Shown in pieces: positions 18,766 to 30,108 of a DNA stretch of 64,000 nt. Source of the DNA: an uncultured Myxococcales bacterium (GTDB lineage: Bacteria > Myxococcota_A > UBA9042); assembly GCA_903924465.1 (NCBI GenBank), contig CAIYBN010000056.1:1291-65290 (forward strand). The letters run 5' to 3'. Made by a program: the position numbers and the translations under genes. Each line of letters starts with the position of its first letter. Position 1 is the first letter of the stretch. The notes under the pieces were generated by a model. It was not told where the DNA came from. It did not search any database and saw nothing but the letters and a program-made list of their open reading frames with translations.

Positions 18766-21474
18766 ATGATGGCGAATTCTGAATCAGGCTCATCGTTGCC
18801 CATCCGCCGTCCCAATCCGGACGCGCTGCTGGCACGCATTCAGGCCGAAGCCGCGCGCAAGGAACGAGCCAAGCTTAGGATTTTCTTTGGCTTAGCTCCG
18901 GGCGTCGGCAAGACGTTCCGGATGCTCCAGGTCGCGCGCGAGGCCGCGGCGCAGGGCGTCAACGTCCTGGTCGGTGCGGTGGAAACGCATGGCCGGAGTG
19001 AAACCGCTGGATTGCTGGACGGCCTTGCCATTCTGCCACGTCGCGACATCCAGCACGGCAACACGGTGCTCGGCGAGTTCGATCTGGACGCGGCGCTGCA
19101 GCAACACCCGACCCTACTCCTGCTGGACGAACTGGCGCACAGCAACGTCCCGGGCGCGCGGCACGCCAAGCGATGGCAGGACGTCCTGGACTTGCTGGAG
19201 GCCGGTATCGACGTCTACACGACGCTCAACGTCCAGCACGTGGAGAGCCTGAACGACGTCATTGCCCAAATTACCCACATCCAGGTGCGGGAAACCGTGC
19301 CGGATTCCATCCTCGAGCGCGCCGACGAGATCGAGCTTGTCGACATTTCCGCCGATGAACTCCTGCAGCGACTCCACGATGGCAAGGTTTACTTGCCCGA
19401 GCAAGCCCTGCGGGCGGCGCAGCATTTCTTCCAGCGCGGCAACCTGCTGGCGCTACGCGAGCTGGCCTTGCGGCGGACCGCGGAGCGCGTGGATGCCGAC
19501 GTACTGGCGCAGCGTGCCGATGAAGGTGTGGAAACGCCGTGGCGCACCACCGAACGCATCCTCGTCTGCGTGGGCCCGGCGCCGGCCTCAGCGCGTCTGG
19601 TACGTACGGCGCGGCGTTTGGCGGTGGGGCTGCATGCCCCGTGGTTTGCAGCGTACGTGGAGTCGCCCCTGCATCCGTTGTCGACCGCAGATCGTCAGCG
19701 GCTGGACGCACACCTGCGCTTGGTCGAGGCGTTGGGCGGCAACGTCGTGCGGTTGAATGGCGTGCAGGTCAGTGCCGCTCTGCTGGACCACGCCCGCAAG
19801 CACAACATGACGCGCATCGTCATCGGCAAGCCCACGCATTCGCGACTGCGCGATTTTGTCCGCGGCTCGTTGCTGGATGAAGTCGTGCGCGGCAGTGGCG
19901 ACATCGACCTGCACGTGATTTCAGCGGACGAGACCGCCCCGGCGCCGCCGGAGATGCCACCTGCTCAGGCGCCCGTCCATGTAGCTTCCTACACATTTGC
20001 GGTCGCAGCAGTGGCCGCTGCCACCGGGTTGGCTTGGCTGGGGCGCGTGCAACTGCCGGCGCCCGATACGGTGATGCTGTACCTGCTGGGCATCATGGCG
20101 GTCGCGGTGCGCACCGGCAAAGGCCCATCTTTCCTGGCTGCGGCGCTGTCCGTCGCGGCCTACGATTTCTTCTTCGTCCCGCCGTTCTTCACCTTCGCCG
20201 TGAGCGATGCGCGACACGTGCTGACCTTCATGACGATGTTCGTCGTCGGCGCCGCGATGAGTACACTGATGGTGCGCACGCGGCGGCAGGAAAGGGACGC
20301 GCGTGAACGGGAGGCGCGAACCTCGTCGCTCTTCGCGCTCAGCCGCGACCTGAGCGGCGCACGCGATGAAGCGGCAGTCGCGGCGACGCTCTGCGATCAC
20401 GTGGCACGCGGCTTTGGTTCCGCCGCACAGGTCGTCGCACGGCGCGGCGCGGAGTGGCGGCAATTGGGCCAAACCGGTGCTTGGCAGACCGATTCCGGCG
20501 ACGACGGTCTGCTGCGCTGGGTCGTCGAACACGGCCGTGAAGCGGGCCTGGGCACCGAGACGCTGCCGGGCTCCCGCGCCCTCTGCCTGCCGATGCCGCT
20601 GGGTGAAGGCGACCGGACGGCGATCGCGCTGCTGCCGCAATACGGCAAGGCTTTGGATGGTCAGGCGCTGGCTTCGCTGCGGGCCTATGTGCGGCAGGGT
20701 GCGCTGGCACTTGAGCGCGCCCGTCTGGCCGACGTTGTGAGCACCACGGAGCTCCGGGCCAAGACCGAGGAAATGCGGAGTTCGCTGTTGTCTGCCGTCT
20801 CGCACGATCTGCGAACCCCCTTGGCCGCCATCACGGGCGCGGCGACGACCTTGCGTGAGGTGGGCATCAGCCTCCGCCCAGAACAACGCGTCGACCTCAT
20901 CGAGGCGATCTGCGAGGAAGCGGACCGCATGGAACGCCTCGTCGTCAATCTGCTGGACATGACGCGCCTGGCTTCCGGGCAAATGCGCGTCAAGCGCGAG
21001 TGGGTACCGCTGGAGGAGATTGTCGGCTCGGCGCTTGCACGTTTGGAGGTCCGGCTGGGCGCACGTCAGGTCCAGGTGGCGATTCCGCCTGACTTTCCGC
21101 TGCTTCACGTCGATGCGCTGCTGTTTGAGCAGGTCTTTGTCAACCTGCTGGAAAATGCTGCGAAGTACACGCCCGCCGATTCGCCGATCGAAATCAGCGC
21201 CGAGCGGCGGCCGACGATCACGACCATCGCGGTCATCGATCATGGTCCCGGACTGCCGCCCGAATTGGCCGCGCGGGTGTTCGACAAATTTGTCCGCGGG
21301 CAGCACACTGGCGTCGGCGGCGTGGGCTTGGGCTTGGCCATTTGCAAGGGCATCATGGATGTGCACGGCGGTACAATCGCCCTGGAATCGACCCCGAAAG
21401 GTGGCGCGACGTTCCGGATCGCCCTGCCACTGACCGCCGCGCCGCCAACGATGGCTGAGGTGCCGCGACCATGA
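18766..21474 (+). CDS. kdpD: Osmosensitive K+ channel sensor histidine kinase KdpD
   Basis: N-terminal KdpD domain with P-loop GLAPGVGKTFRML. Usp-like domain. Four transmembrane segments. GAF. HisKA (SHDLRTPL). HATPase_c (GLGLAICKGI). Start placed at MMANSES. Confidence 0.9.
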   Translation: MMANSESGSSLPIRRPNPDALLARIQAEAARKERAKLRIFFGLAPGVGKTFRMLQVAREAAAQGVNVLVGAVETHGRSETAGLLDGLAILPRRDIQHGNTVLGEFDLDAALQQHPTLLLLDELAHSNVPGARHAKRWQDVLDLLEAGIDVYTTLNVQHVESLNDVIAQITHIQVRETVPDSILERADEIELVDISADELLQRLHDGKVYLPEQALRAAQHFFQRGNLLALRELALRRTAERVDADVLAQRADEGVETPWRTTERILVCVGPAPASARLVRTARRLAVGLHAPWFAAYVESPLHPLSTADRQRLDAHLRLVEALGGNVVRLNGVQVSAALLDHARKHNMTRIVIGKPTHSRLRDFVRGSLLDEVVRGSGDIDLHVISADETAPAPPEMPPAQAPVHVASYTFAVAAVAAATGLAWLGRVQLPAPDTVMLYLLGIMAVAVRTGKGPSFLAAALSVAAYDFFFVPPFFTFAVSDARHVLTFMTMFVVGAAMSTLMVRTRRQERDAREREARTSSLFALSRDLSGARDEAAVAATLCDHVARGFGSAAQVVARRGAEWRQLGQTGAWQTDSGDDGLLRWVVEHGREAGLGTETLPGSRALCLPMPLGEGDRTAIALLPQYGKALDGQALASLRAYVRQGALALERARLADVVSTTELRAKTEEMRSSLLSAVSHDLRTPLAAITGAATTLREVGISLRPEQRVDLIEAICEEADRMERLVVNLLDMTRLASGQMRVKREWVPLEEIVGSALARLEVRLGARQVQVAIPPDFPLLHVDALLFEQVFVNLLENAAKYTPADSPIEISAERRPTITTIAVIDHGPGLPPELAARVFDKFVRGQHTGVGGVGLGLAICKGIMDVHGGTIALESTPKGGATFRIALPLTAAPPTMAEVPRP

Positions 21475-22169
21475 CAGGTGTCGATCCACTCGCGCCACTG
21501 GTTCTGGTGGTGGATGACGAACCGCAAATGCGGCGGTTTCTGCGGGCATCGTTGAATGCCCACGGCTACCGCGTGTTGGAAGCTGGTTCTGCCGCGGAAG
21601 CGCTGATGCTCGCGACGAGCCACAATCCCGCGATCATCCTGATGGACTTGGGCTTGCCGGACGGCGATGGCATCACTGTGACGCAATCCCTGCGCGAGTG
21701 GTGCCAGATGCCCATTGTCGTGATTTCCGCGCGTGGCCGGGAAGACGATAAGGTCACAGCGCTGGATGCGGGCGCCAACGACTACCTGACAAAACCATTT
21801 GGCGTCAATGAGTTGCTGGCCAGAATGCGCGTCGCCCTGCGCCACGCGACGCCGGAACCGCAGCGCCAGGAGTTGCTGTTTGGCTCCCTGCGCATCGACC
21901 TCGTGCGCCGCATGGTGTCGCGTGACGGCGTGGAAGTGCACCTGACGCCGATCGAATACAAACTGCTGACCCTGCTCGCCCGCCACGCCGGAAAGGTGCT
22001 GACCCACCGGCAAATTCTCAAGGAAGTCTGGGGACCTGGCGCGCTGGAGCAGCCGCACTACGTCCGCGTCCACATGGCAGAATTGCGCAAGAAGGTGGAG
22101 CGCGACCCCGCGCGGCCGGAGTGGCTGCTGACCGAGCCGGCGGTCGGGTACCGGATGCGCGAGTCGTGA
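21471..22169 (+). CDS. kdpE: Response regulator KdpE (OmpR family)
   Basis: REC domain (VLVVDDE...D54-equivalent in ILMDLGLPDGDG). Winged-helix DNA-binding C-terminus. 4-bp overlap with kdpD. Confidence 0.9.
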   Translation: MTGVDPLAPLVLVVDDEPQMRRFLRASLNAHGYRVLEAGSAAEALMLATSHNPAIILMDLGLPDGDGITVTQSLREWCQMPIVVISARGREDDKVTALDAGANDYLTKPFGVNELLARMRVALRHATPEPQRQELLFGSLRIDLVRRMVSRDGVEVHLTPIEYKLLTLLARHAGKVLTHRQILKEVWGPGALEQPHYVRVHMAELRKKVERDPARPEWLLTEPAVGYRMRES

Positions 22170-22172
22170 CGG

Positions 22173-23450
22173 CTACTTGGCCACAATCCGGTCAAACGGC
22201 AAGTACGGCAGCAACGCTTTGGGCATCGACACCGAGCCATCGGCGTTCTGGTGGTTCTCCAAAATCGCAATCAGCCCGCGCGACAACGCAATCGCCGTGC
22301 CATTGAGCGTGTGCACCGGCCGCGCCTTGCTGGTCTCGTCCGGATAGTGGCGAATGCCCAGCCGCCGCGCCTGAAAATCCGTGCAATTGCTGGTCGAAGT
22401 CACTTCGCCGTACAGACCGCGGCCTGGCATCCAGGCTTCGATGTCGAACTTGCGGTACGCCGGCGCGCCCAGATCGCCCGAGGCGATGTCCAGCACGCGG
22501 TAAGGAATCTCCAGCGCCTGAAACAGCTCTTCCTCGATCGCCAGCAGTTCCGCGTGATGGCGATTGGACACCTCGAGATCGCCGTCGCAGAAAATGAACA
22601 TCTCCACTTTGGTGAACTGGTGAACGCGGTACAGACCGCGCGATTCCCGGCCGCCAGCGCCCGCTTCTGTGCGAAAACAGTGGGAAATTCCCGCAATGCG
22701 GACCGGTAACTCGTTGGCATTGAAGATGCGATCCTGGAACATGCCGCCAATGGTGATTTCCGCGGTGCCGACCAGACACAAATCGTGGCCGGCCACCGAA
22801 TACACCTGCGTTTCCTCGCCACGCGGATTGAAGCCGATGCCTTCCAGGATCGACGGCCGCGCCAGATCCGGCGTGATCACCGGCTTGAAGCCATGGGCCA
22901 TGGCGCGATCCACCGCAAAGCGCTGCAGCGCGAGGTCCAGCAACACCATCTCGTTCTTCAGGAAGTAGAACTTCTGCCCGGCGACGCGCGCGCCGGCCTC
23001 GAAGTCGATGAGGTCGAGTTTCTCGGCGAGATCCACGTGATCCAGCGGGGCGAAATCAAACGCCCGCGGCGTGCCCCAGGTGTGCAGGACCTTGTGATCG
23101 TCGTCGGTATGGCCAATCGGCGTGTCCGGGTGCGTCATGTTGGGCAGTTGGCGCACAGCAGCGTCCAACTCGAGTTGCAGCACTTCCGTGTCCTTTTCCA
23201 GTTCCGCCACGCGTACTTTCAGGGCGCGACCGTGCTCGATGCGCCGCTGCCGCTCATCCGGCTCCATCTTGCCTTGCATCGCCTTGGCGGACGCGTTGGC
23301 TTCCGCGCGCGTCGTTTCCAGCGCCGTCAGCAGCTCATTGCGGCGCTTGTACGAGGCCACGACCGCCGCCACATCAGCCTTTGCGTTGCGGTTCTTGACG
23401 TTCTGCGCGACCGCTTCTTCGTGGTTGACGACGTATCGAATGTCCAGCAT
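22173..23450 (-). CDS. serS: Seryl-tRNA synthetase
   Basis: N-terminal coiled-coil arm. Class II aaRS motifs (FRTEAGAGGRESRGLYRVHQFTKVE). Start at MLDIRYV. Confidence 0.95.
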   Translation of the reverse strand: MLDIRYVVNHEEAVAQNVKNRNAKADVAAVVASYKRRNELLTALETTRAEANASAKAMQGKMEPDERQRRIEHGRALKVRVAELEKDTEVLQLELDAAVRQLPNMTHPDTPIGHTDDDHKVLHTWGTPRAFDFAPLDHVDLAEKLDLIDFEAGARVAGQKFYFLKNEMVLLDLALQRFAVDRAMAHGFKPVITPDLARPSILEGIGFNPRGEETQVYSVAGHDLCLVGTAEITIGGMFQDRIFNANELPVRIAGISHCFRTEAGAGGRESRGLYRVHQFTKVEMFIFCDGDLEVSNRHHAELLAIEEELFQALEIPYRVLDIASGDLGAPAYRKFDIEAWMPGRGLYGEVTSTSNCTDFQARRLGIRHYPDETSKARPVHTLNGTAIALSRGLIAILENHQNADGSVSMPKALLPYLPFDRIVAK

Positions 23451-23475
23451 GGCAAGCTCCAAAGGGGCGCGCAGT

Positions 23476-24282
23476 CTAGCGCGGACCGAGCGCGACGAAC
23501 AGCCAGCCGGACAAATCGGTCTGAAACTGTGGGTCAAGGGCGCCAGACTGATCCGCTGCTAACGCGTAAAGGCGGACGTTGCGCAGTTGACTCAGCCACG
23601 TGGGCGTCGGCTCGCTGGAGAGTGGAAGCGCCACCAGCGCGAAGCGATCGGCCACTTCTGGTGGCAGTGCAGTCTGCGGCGGGCTCTCGGGCGCAATCAC
23701 CGCCAGCGACAACGGCCGCGGCCTCTCGGCCACCTGCCACACCGCGTCGCCTGCGTCCCGCGCACCAAGCAGGACCCAGCGCGTTTGCGGCGAGCGGCGA
23801 TCCAGCCACGTCAACGCCGCAGTCCAGCGCGCCACCGCGCGACTTCGACGCAGCGCATCGTCCGGCTGCCGCGGCTGCGTGTCTTCCAGCCAAAGCACGT
23901 GTGCGGGCCGCTGCGCCAGGAGCGCTTGCACGGGGCGGCGCCAACGCTGCAGATCCGCGGCCGCGCCCACGTCGATCACCAGCACCGGCGCAGTCGCTGG
24001 ATCGGCGGGATACCAATGGGCACGCAGCGCGGCGCCAGCGGCCATCTCCAAAGTCAGTTCTTCCGCGGGCGGCATGGGCTGTAGCTGGTGGGGCGCCGGA
24101 TTGGGCGGTGGTTCGGTCACGGCGGCATCGGACAAAACGGGCCGCGGCGGAACCGGCGAATGGACCGCTTTGGCAGGCACTGGGCGGCAAGAGCGCCAGA
24201 CCAGCCCGATCACCAAGAGCGCCAACAGCAGCACAAGTAGGGCACGCAAGCGCGACACAGCCAATTCCGGCGAGGCCACCAT
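23476..24282 (-). CDS. Hypothetical membrane-anchored protein
   Basis: N-terminal hydrophobic anchor (LRALLVLLLALLVIGLVW). Pro-rich. No known domain; start uncertain. Confidence 0.35.
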   Translation of the reverse strand: MVASPELAVSRLRALLVLLLALLVIGLVWRSCRPVPAKAVHSPVPPRPVLSDAAVTEPPPNPAPHQLQPMPPAEELTLEMAAGAALRAHWYPADPATAPVLVIDVGAAADLQRWRRPVQALLAQRPAHVLWLEDTQPRQPDDALRRSRAVARWTAALTWLDRRSPQTRWVLLGARDAGDAVWQVAERPRPLSLAVIAPESPPQTALPPEVADRFALVALPLSSEPTPTWLSQLRNVRLYALAADQSGALDPQFQTDLSGWLFVALGPR

Positions 24283-24324
24283 GGCCAGCAGAAAGCTTGT
24301 AGCGCCCGGTTGCGGGACCTGCAA

Positions 24325-24403
24325 GCGGCGGAGGCGACGATTCGCGTGGTGGAATCGCCAACGAGGGCTGCAAACCGCCGGCAGTCACGCTATGCTCCGC
24401 CGC
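24325..24403 (+). promoter_or_regulatory. Structured 5' leader upstream of the yitJ-like gene (candidate SAM/SAH-type riboswitch or attenuator)
   Basis: A 9-bp long-range stem (gcggcggag 24325-33 with ctccgccgc 24395-403) encloses an internal hairpin (cgattc/gaatcg) and a cgagggctgcaaacc segment. It sits about 45 nt before the ATG of a methionine-cycle gene. Not verified against any covariance model. Confidence 0.2.
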
Positions 24404-24448
24404 CGCGCCGCCGACCGATCAGTCGACCGCTGCCGAGAGGAAGTACGT

Positions 24449-26302
24449 ATGTGGACCCGAGAACAGCTGGAAGCCCTGCTTGATGAACGCGTGCTGGTTT
24501 TTGACGGCGCGATGGGCACCGAACTCTACGAGCAAGGCTTTGGCTTTGAGCGCGCCTTTGACGGCCTGAATCTGACGCATCCCAACGTGGTGCGGCGCGT
24601 GCACCGCGACTACGTCAACGCGGGGGCGCACGTCCTGACAACCAACTCGTTTGGCGCCAATGTGCTACGGCTCGCACGGTCGCACTTTGCCGATCAGGTT
24701 GCGGCGATCAACGAAGCGGCCGTCCAGCTGGCGCGCAGCGAATCCGAAGCGCGGCCGCCGCATATCCGGCCGTTGGTCGCGGCGTCCATCGGCCCGCTGG
24801 GGCAGCCGCTTGCGCCGATTGGCCGACTGACGCGCGAGGCCGCCGCGGACGCCTATCGCACGCAGATGGTCGCGATCCTGCGCGCCGATCCGGATTTCAT
24901 CCTGCTCGAGACCTTTGGCGATCTGGAGGAGTTGAAGGTCGCCGCCGGCGTGCTGACTGAACTCGCGCCCAACGCCGCATTCATCGCCTCGGCGACGTTT
25001 ACCGAAGAAGCCAAAACCATCTTTGGCAACAAACCGGAGGAAATCGTTCGCGTGATGACCGCGGCGGGCGCAGCGGCGGTGGGCGCGAATTGTTCGACCG
25101 GACCGCAGGCGCTGGACCCCGTGCTCGAGCGCATGCTCAAGGTGCCGGGCGCCCGCGTCATGCTCAGTCCCAACGCCGGCATGCCGCGTTTGGTCGATGG
25201 CCGGTACGTCTACGTCGCGTCGCCGGATTACTTTGCCGAATGGGCCGTGCGCGTCGCGGATCTCGGCGTGCGCGCGATCGGCGGTTGCTGTGGCACCAAG
25301 CCCGCGCATATCCAGCGGATGGCCGACGCGATTGGCATTCGTGCACCGCATGTCCTCACGGTTGGCAAACGGCGGGAAGTGGACGTATCGGTTGCCGTGG
25401 AACCGATCGCAGCAGCCGGCGTACCGCAAACCCAAACGTCGAGTTTTGAGCGCAAGCTGGCGGCCGGCGAGTTTGTCGTGTCCGTGGAACTCGATCCGCC
25501 GCGCGGCGTCGACGGCGATCGCCTGGTGCAGGGCGCGATCTTGCTCAAGCAGGCCGGCGTGGACGCGATCAACATCGCTGATTCGCCGTTGGCCACGGCG
25601 CGCATGAGCCCGCTGGCGCTCGCGGTGCTGATCAAACAGCAAATCGACATCGAAATTCTGCTGCACGTGTCGTGTCGCGATCGCAATGTCCTGGGTTTGC
25701 TGAGTGAAGCGATGGGCGCGCACGCCCTGAGCATCCGCCACCTGCTCTGCGTGACCGGCGATCCGCCGTCGCTGGGCGACTATCCGGGATCGCGTGGCGT
25801 GTTTGAGGTCGACTCGATCGGCCTGCTGCGGACGTTGCAACGCGTCAATGAGGGGGAGGATGCCAACGGCAAGCCGCTGCCGTTTCGCACGGATTTTCGC
25901 CTGTCGTGCGCTGTGAATCCGACCGCCGTCGATCTGGACCTGGAGATCGAACGCTTTCACCGCAAGGTCGACGCCGGGGCGACCTACGCTTTGACCCAAC
26001 CGCTGTATGATCCCGCGGACCTACAGCGATTTGTCGAACGCGCCAAACCGACGATTCCGCTGTTGGTGGGCGTGCTGCCGCTGCGCAATGCCCGGCACGC
26101 GCACTTCATTCACCACGAAGTGCCTGGAATGGCCATTCCGGAGGCGATTCGCGAGCGGATGAACCTGGCCGGCCCCAACGGTCCAGAGGAAGGCGTGGCG
26201 ATCGGCCGCGAGTTCCTGACGGCCGTGAAGCCCTACGTCGCTGGCACGTACCTGATGCCGCCGTTCAACAAGTTTGAAATGGCGATTGAGCTGCTGCGCT
26301 GA
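24449..26302 (+). CDS. Bifunctional homocysteine S-methyltransferase / 5,10-methylenetetrahydrofolate reductase (YitJ-like)
   Basis: N-terminal Hcy S-methyltransferase domain (VLVFDGAMGTELY...GGCCGT). C-terminal MetF/MTHFR domain (FVVSVELDPPRG...ATYALTQPLYD). About 617 aa, the same architecture as B. subtilis YitJ. Confidence 0.85.
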   Translation: MWTREQLEALLDERVLVFDGAMGTELYEQGFGFERAFDGLNLTHPNVVRRVHRDYVNAGAHVLTTNSFGANVLRLARSHFADQVAAINEAAVQLARSESEARPPHIRPLVAASIGPLGQPLAPIGRLTREAAADAYRTQMVAILRADPDFILLETFGDLEELKVAAGVLTELAPNAAFIASATFTEEAKTIFGNKPEEIVRVMTAAGAAAVGANCSTGPQALDPVLERMLKVPGARVMLSPNAGMPRLVDGRYVYVASPDYFAEWAVRVADLGVRAIGGCCGTKPAHIQRMADAIGIRAPHVLTVGKRREVDVSVAVEPIAAAGVPQTQTSSFERKLAAGEFVVSVELDPPRGVDGDRLVQGAILLKQAGVDAINIADSPLATARMSPLALAVLIKQQIDIEILLHVSCRDRNVLGLLSEAMGAHALSIRHLLCVTGDPPSLGDYPGSRGVFEVDSIGLLRTLQRVNEGEDANGKPLPFRTDFRLSCAVNPTAVDLDLEIERFHRKVDAGATYALTQPLYDPADLQRFVERAKPTIPLLVGVLPLRNARHAHFIHHEVPGMAIPEAIRERMNLAGPNGPEEGVAIGREFLTAVKPYVAGTYLMPPFNKFEMAIELLR

Positions 26303-26313
26303 TTGCGCTCAGG

Positions 26314-27174
26314 CTACATCATCAACGGCTGACCAACCTGAAAGACTTGGCCTTCTGCGACGAATCGCACGTCGCGCCGATGGCCCAGTGTCGTCCGCGC
26401 AATCGCGTCCAACTGGTCATCCGTGCGCGACGGATCGTGATGAAATAGCAGGGTATTGCGCACCTGCGCTGCATCCGCGTGGGCCAGCGCGGCGGCATGC
26501 GTTGCGTGCCCCCAGCCACGTCGCGCCGGACCCGTACGACCCGCATACTCGTCGTCGGTGTAGGTGGCATCCACGCTCAACAAATCGGCGTCGCGGACCA
26601 GTTCAACCAACGCCTCATCCAGACCCTCCGCCGGATGTTCCCAGTCGCTGCAATGCGCCAGGCTGCGACCGCCGTATTCCAGACGGTAGCCCACTGCACC
26701 GCCCGGATGATGCAAAGGCGCAGTTCTCACTTTCACATCGCCAACTTGCAGCGTATCTCCTGGCTCCAACATACAGAAATTCAATTCTGCCTTGAGCATG
26801 TCCATCGAAATCGGAAACGCCGGTTGATTGAAAAGTTGCCGCAAGATGTCCGCGACGCCCAAGCCATTGTGACGCGCGGACCAGATGTCAAAGCGGTTGC
26901 CGGGAATGAGAAACGGAGCAAAGAACGGGAACCCTTGGACGTGATCCAAGTGCAAGTGGCTCATCAAGATGGTCGCATGCACGGGCCCTTTGCCGATGAG
27001 GGATTCGCCCAGCAGGCGCACCCCTGTGCCGCCATCGATGGCAAAAAGCTGATTCCCGCAGCGAATCTCCAGACTCGTCGTATTGCCGCCATAGCGAACC
27101 GTGTGCGCCCCGGGGGAGGGAATGCTGCCGCGCAATCCCCAGTACTTGACGGAAAAGTCTTTGGAGAGGTCCAT
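26314..27174 (-). CDS. MBL-fold metallo-hydrolase
   Basis: HxHxDH motif (MSHLHLDHVQG). Beta-lactamase-like fold length (286 aa). Confidence 0.8.
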   Translation of the reverse strand: MDLSKDFSVKYWGLRGSIPSPGAHTVRYGGNTTSLEIRCGNQLFAIDGGTGVRLLGESLIGKGPVHATILMSHLHLDHVQGFPFFAPFLIPGNRFDIWSARHNGLGVADILRQLFNQPAFPISMDMLKAELNFCMLEPGDTLQVGDVKVRTAPLHHPGGAVGYRLEYGGRSLAHCSDWEHPAEGLDEALVELVRDADLLSVDATYTDDEYAGRTGPARRGWGHATHAAALAHADAAQVRNTLLFHHDPSRTDDQLDAIARTTLGHRRDVRFVAEGQVFQVGQPLMM

Positions 27175-27322
27175 GTGATCCGTCGTCCCTGCGTCAGTTG
27201 GCAGCCGCTATCCGTGCGGGCGATCGGAGTCTGCCTTCGCCTGAGGCAACTGTATACAGGAAGCGCCGAAGCCGGCAACTTTCTGCGCGAAACGACGCCT
27301 CACGTGCGCGCGATCGCGCCGG

Positions 27323-27889
27323 TCATGGCGAAATCGAACTTGTTGCGTCGGATGGTGGCGCGATCGCTGTGAGTCCAAGTGCTGGAACAATAGGAAACCG
27401 GAACTGCCGTTCCACACCATCCCTCTGAACGAAAATTTCCAATACATCTGAGGTCTTGAGTCGTTCGAAAATCGCCAGCAAGTCGCTCGGCGTGACGATC
27501 TTTTGGCCATTGACGGATCGAACAATGTCGCCGGGCAAAATGCCATAGCGCAGGACTTTCGGATCGTTGCGAAACACGGACAACAGCTTGAATCCACTGA
27601 ATTTATGCTTGGCCAGAAAGGTTGGCTGCAGCGGCACTTCAGAGAGCAGCCAGCCGGGACCGGCCGCCAGCACGCGATCGAGCAGCACGCGATCGATCGC
27701 GCCTTCAGGGACGCGTGGCTTCGCTGGCACGTATTCGGTCGCACCGCTGGCTTGCGGTGGATCGGTCTGCGCTTCAGCGAACTCGCCGCTCCCCTGCGCG
27801 GCAACGGCGACTTCTTGCGACGCCGCACCGCTGCACGCGCTCAGAAGCAGCGTACAAACCAGCGCACGAGCCAGCGCCAACCTGTTCAC
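27323..27889 (-). CDS. PDZ-domain lipoprotein
   Basis: Lipobox LLLSAC. PDZ-like region (GDIVRSVNGQKIVTPSDLLAIFERL). Confidence 0.7.
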   Translation of the reverse strand: MNRLALARALVCTLLLSACSGAASQEVAVAAQGSGEFAEAQTDPPQASGATEYVPAKPRVPEGAIDRVLLDRVLAAGPGWLLSEVPLQPTFLAKHKFSGFKLLSVFRNDPKVLRYGILPGDIVRSVNGQKIVTPSDLLAIFERLKTSDVLEIFVQRDGVERQFRFPIVPALGLTAIAPPSDATSSISP

Positions 27890-28266
27890 TCTTTCGGCGC
27901 CATGCCGCAGAAGGACTTGTTCTCATCGCTGCACGGCTTCAAGGCCCCGGTGCCTGTGGCTTCAGCGGCCATCGGACACGGGTCCACGCCCCGGCAGACC
28001 AGGCCGTCGCGGCAGTCGCCGGTCTGGACGCAGGTGAACATGCAGAAGGTCTGGCTGTTGCCGAAATCGATGCAGGTCGCTTCCGGCGGGCATTCGCCCG
28101 GGCGGCAAGGCGATTTGGTGCAATAGCCGCCGTGCGTCGCCAGATCGCAAATCAGCCCCGTGGTCGCGCCACATTCGCGATCCGTGGTGCAGACATCGCC
28201 GACCACGGGCGTGCACGCGGCGGTGCAGAGGAGGACGACGAGGGTCCAGCGGCAGAACAGCATCAC
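27886..28266 (-). CDS. Cysteine-rich secreted lipoprotein
   Basis: Lipobox LLCTAAC. 16 Cys in 126 aa, EGF/disintegrin-like spacing. 4-bp overlaps with both neighbouring genes. Confidence 0.6.
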   Translation of the reverse strand: MMLFCRWTLVVLLCTAACTPVVGDVCTTDRECGATTGLICDLATHGGYCTKSPCRPGECPPEATCIDFGNSQTFCMFTCVQTGDCRDGLVCRGVDPCPMAAEATGTGALKPCSDENKSFCGMAPKE

Positions 28267-28652
28267 GGTGTGTTTCCAGTCGAAGGTGGCGCGGCAGGCG
28301 CCGAGGAAGGTGGCGCAGCAACCGCCGGGTCAACGCAGGGCTTCGCGAGTGCTTCCGCGGTGACTTTGCGCGCCCAGCCCGGATTCGCATCGGCTTGGAC
28401 CGCAAACGCCTGGAAGTACGCCGGCCCATCGGCAAAGCCGGCGTCCTTGTACAGCGAGTCAACAGCGTGTTGATTGGCCGACAATGCACAGTGAATCCGC
28501 GGATAGGCTGCGGCCAACTTTGCCGCAAGGTCGTCGTCCTGCTTCAACACAGGACCGCCCGCGTCGGCGACAGCCACCACGGCCTTGGGTTTGTCCTTGC
28601 CGCAAGCGGCCAGACCCAAAACGACAAAAAGGAGGAGGGGCAGATGCTTCAT
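28263..28652 (-). CDS. Lipoprotein of unknown function
   Basis: MKHLPLLLFVVLGLAACG lipobox. Immediately downstream of eno, probably co-transcribed with it. Confidence 0.6.
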   Translation of the reverse strand: MKHLPLLLFVVLGLAACGKDKPKAVVAVADAGGPVLKQDDDLAAKLAAAYPRIHCALSANQHAVDSLYKDAGFADGPAYFQAFAVQADANPGWARKVTAEALAKPCVDPAVAAPPSSAPAAPPSTGNTP

Positions 28653-28691
28653 GGCTCCGATCGTAGGCGCAACGGCCCCAAGGCTCAAGGA

Positions 28692-30038
<1,347 letters not shown>

Positions 30039-30108
30039 TCAAACAGTGCTTGCGTACGCGCGCCCGCTCAAGCACAGTACGGCCGCCCGATGCGGGCGTG
30101 AGGGTACC

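Noticed and set aside
18591-18782. Small ORFs in the kdpD leader
   Set aside because: No RBS or conservation evidence; more likely untranslated leader.
19921-21549. 542-aa minus-strand ORF
   Set aside because: Antisense to kdpD.
24665-25999. 444-aa minus-strand ORF
   Set aside because: Antisense to the yitJ-like gene.
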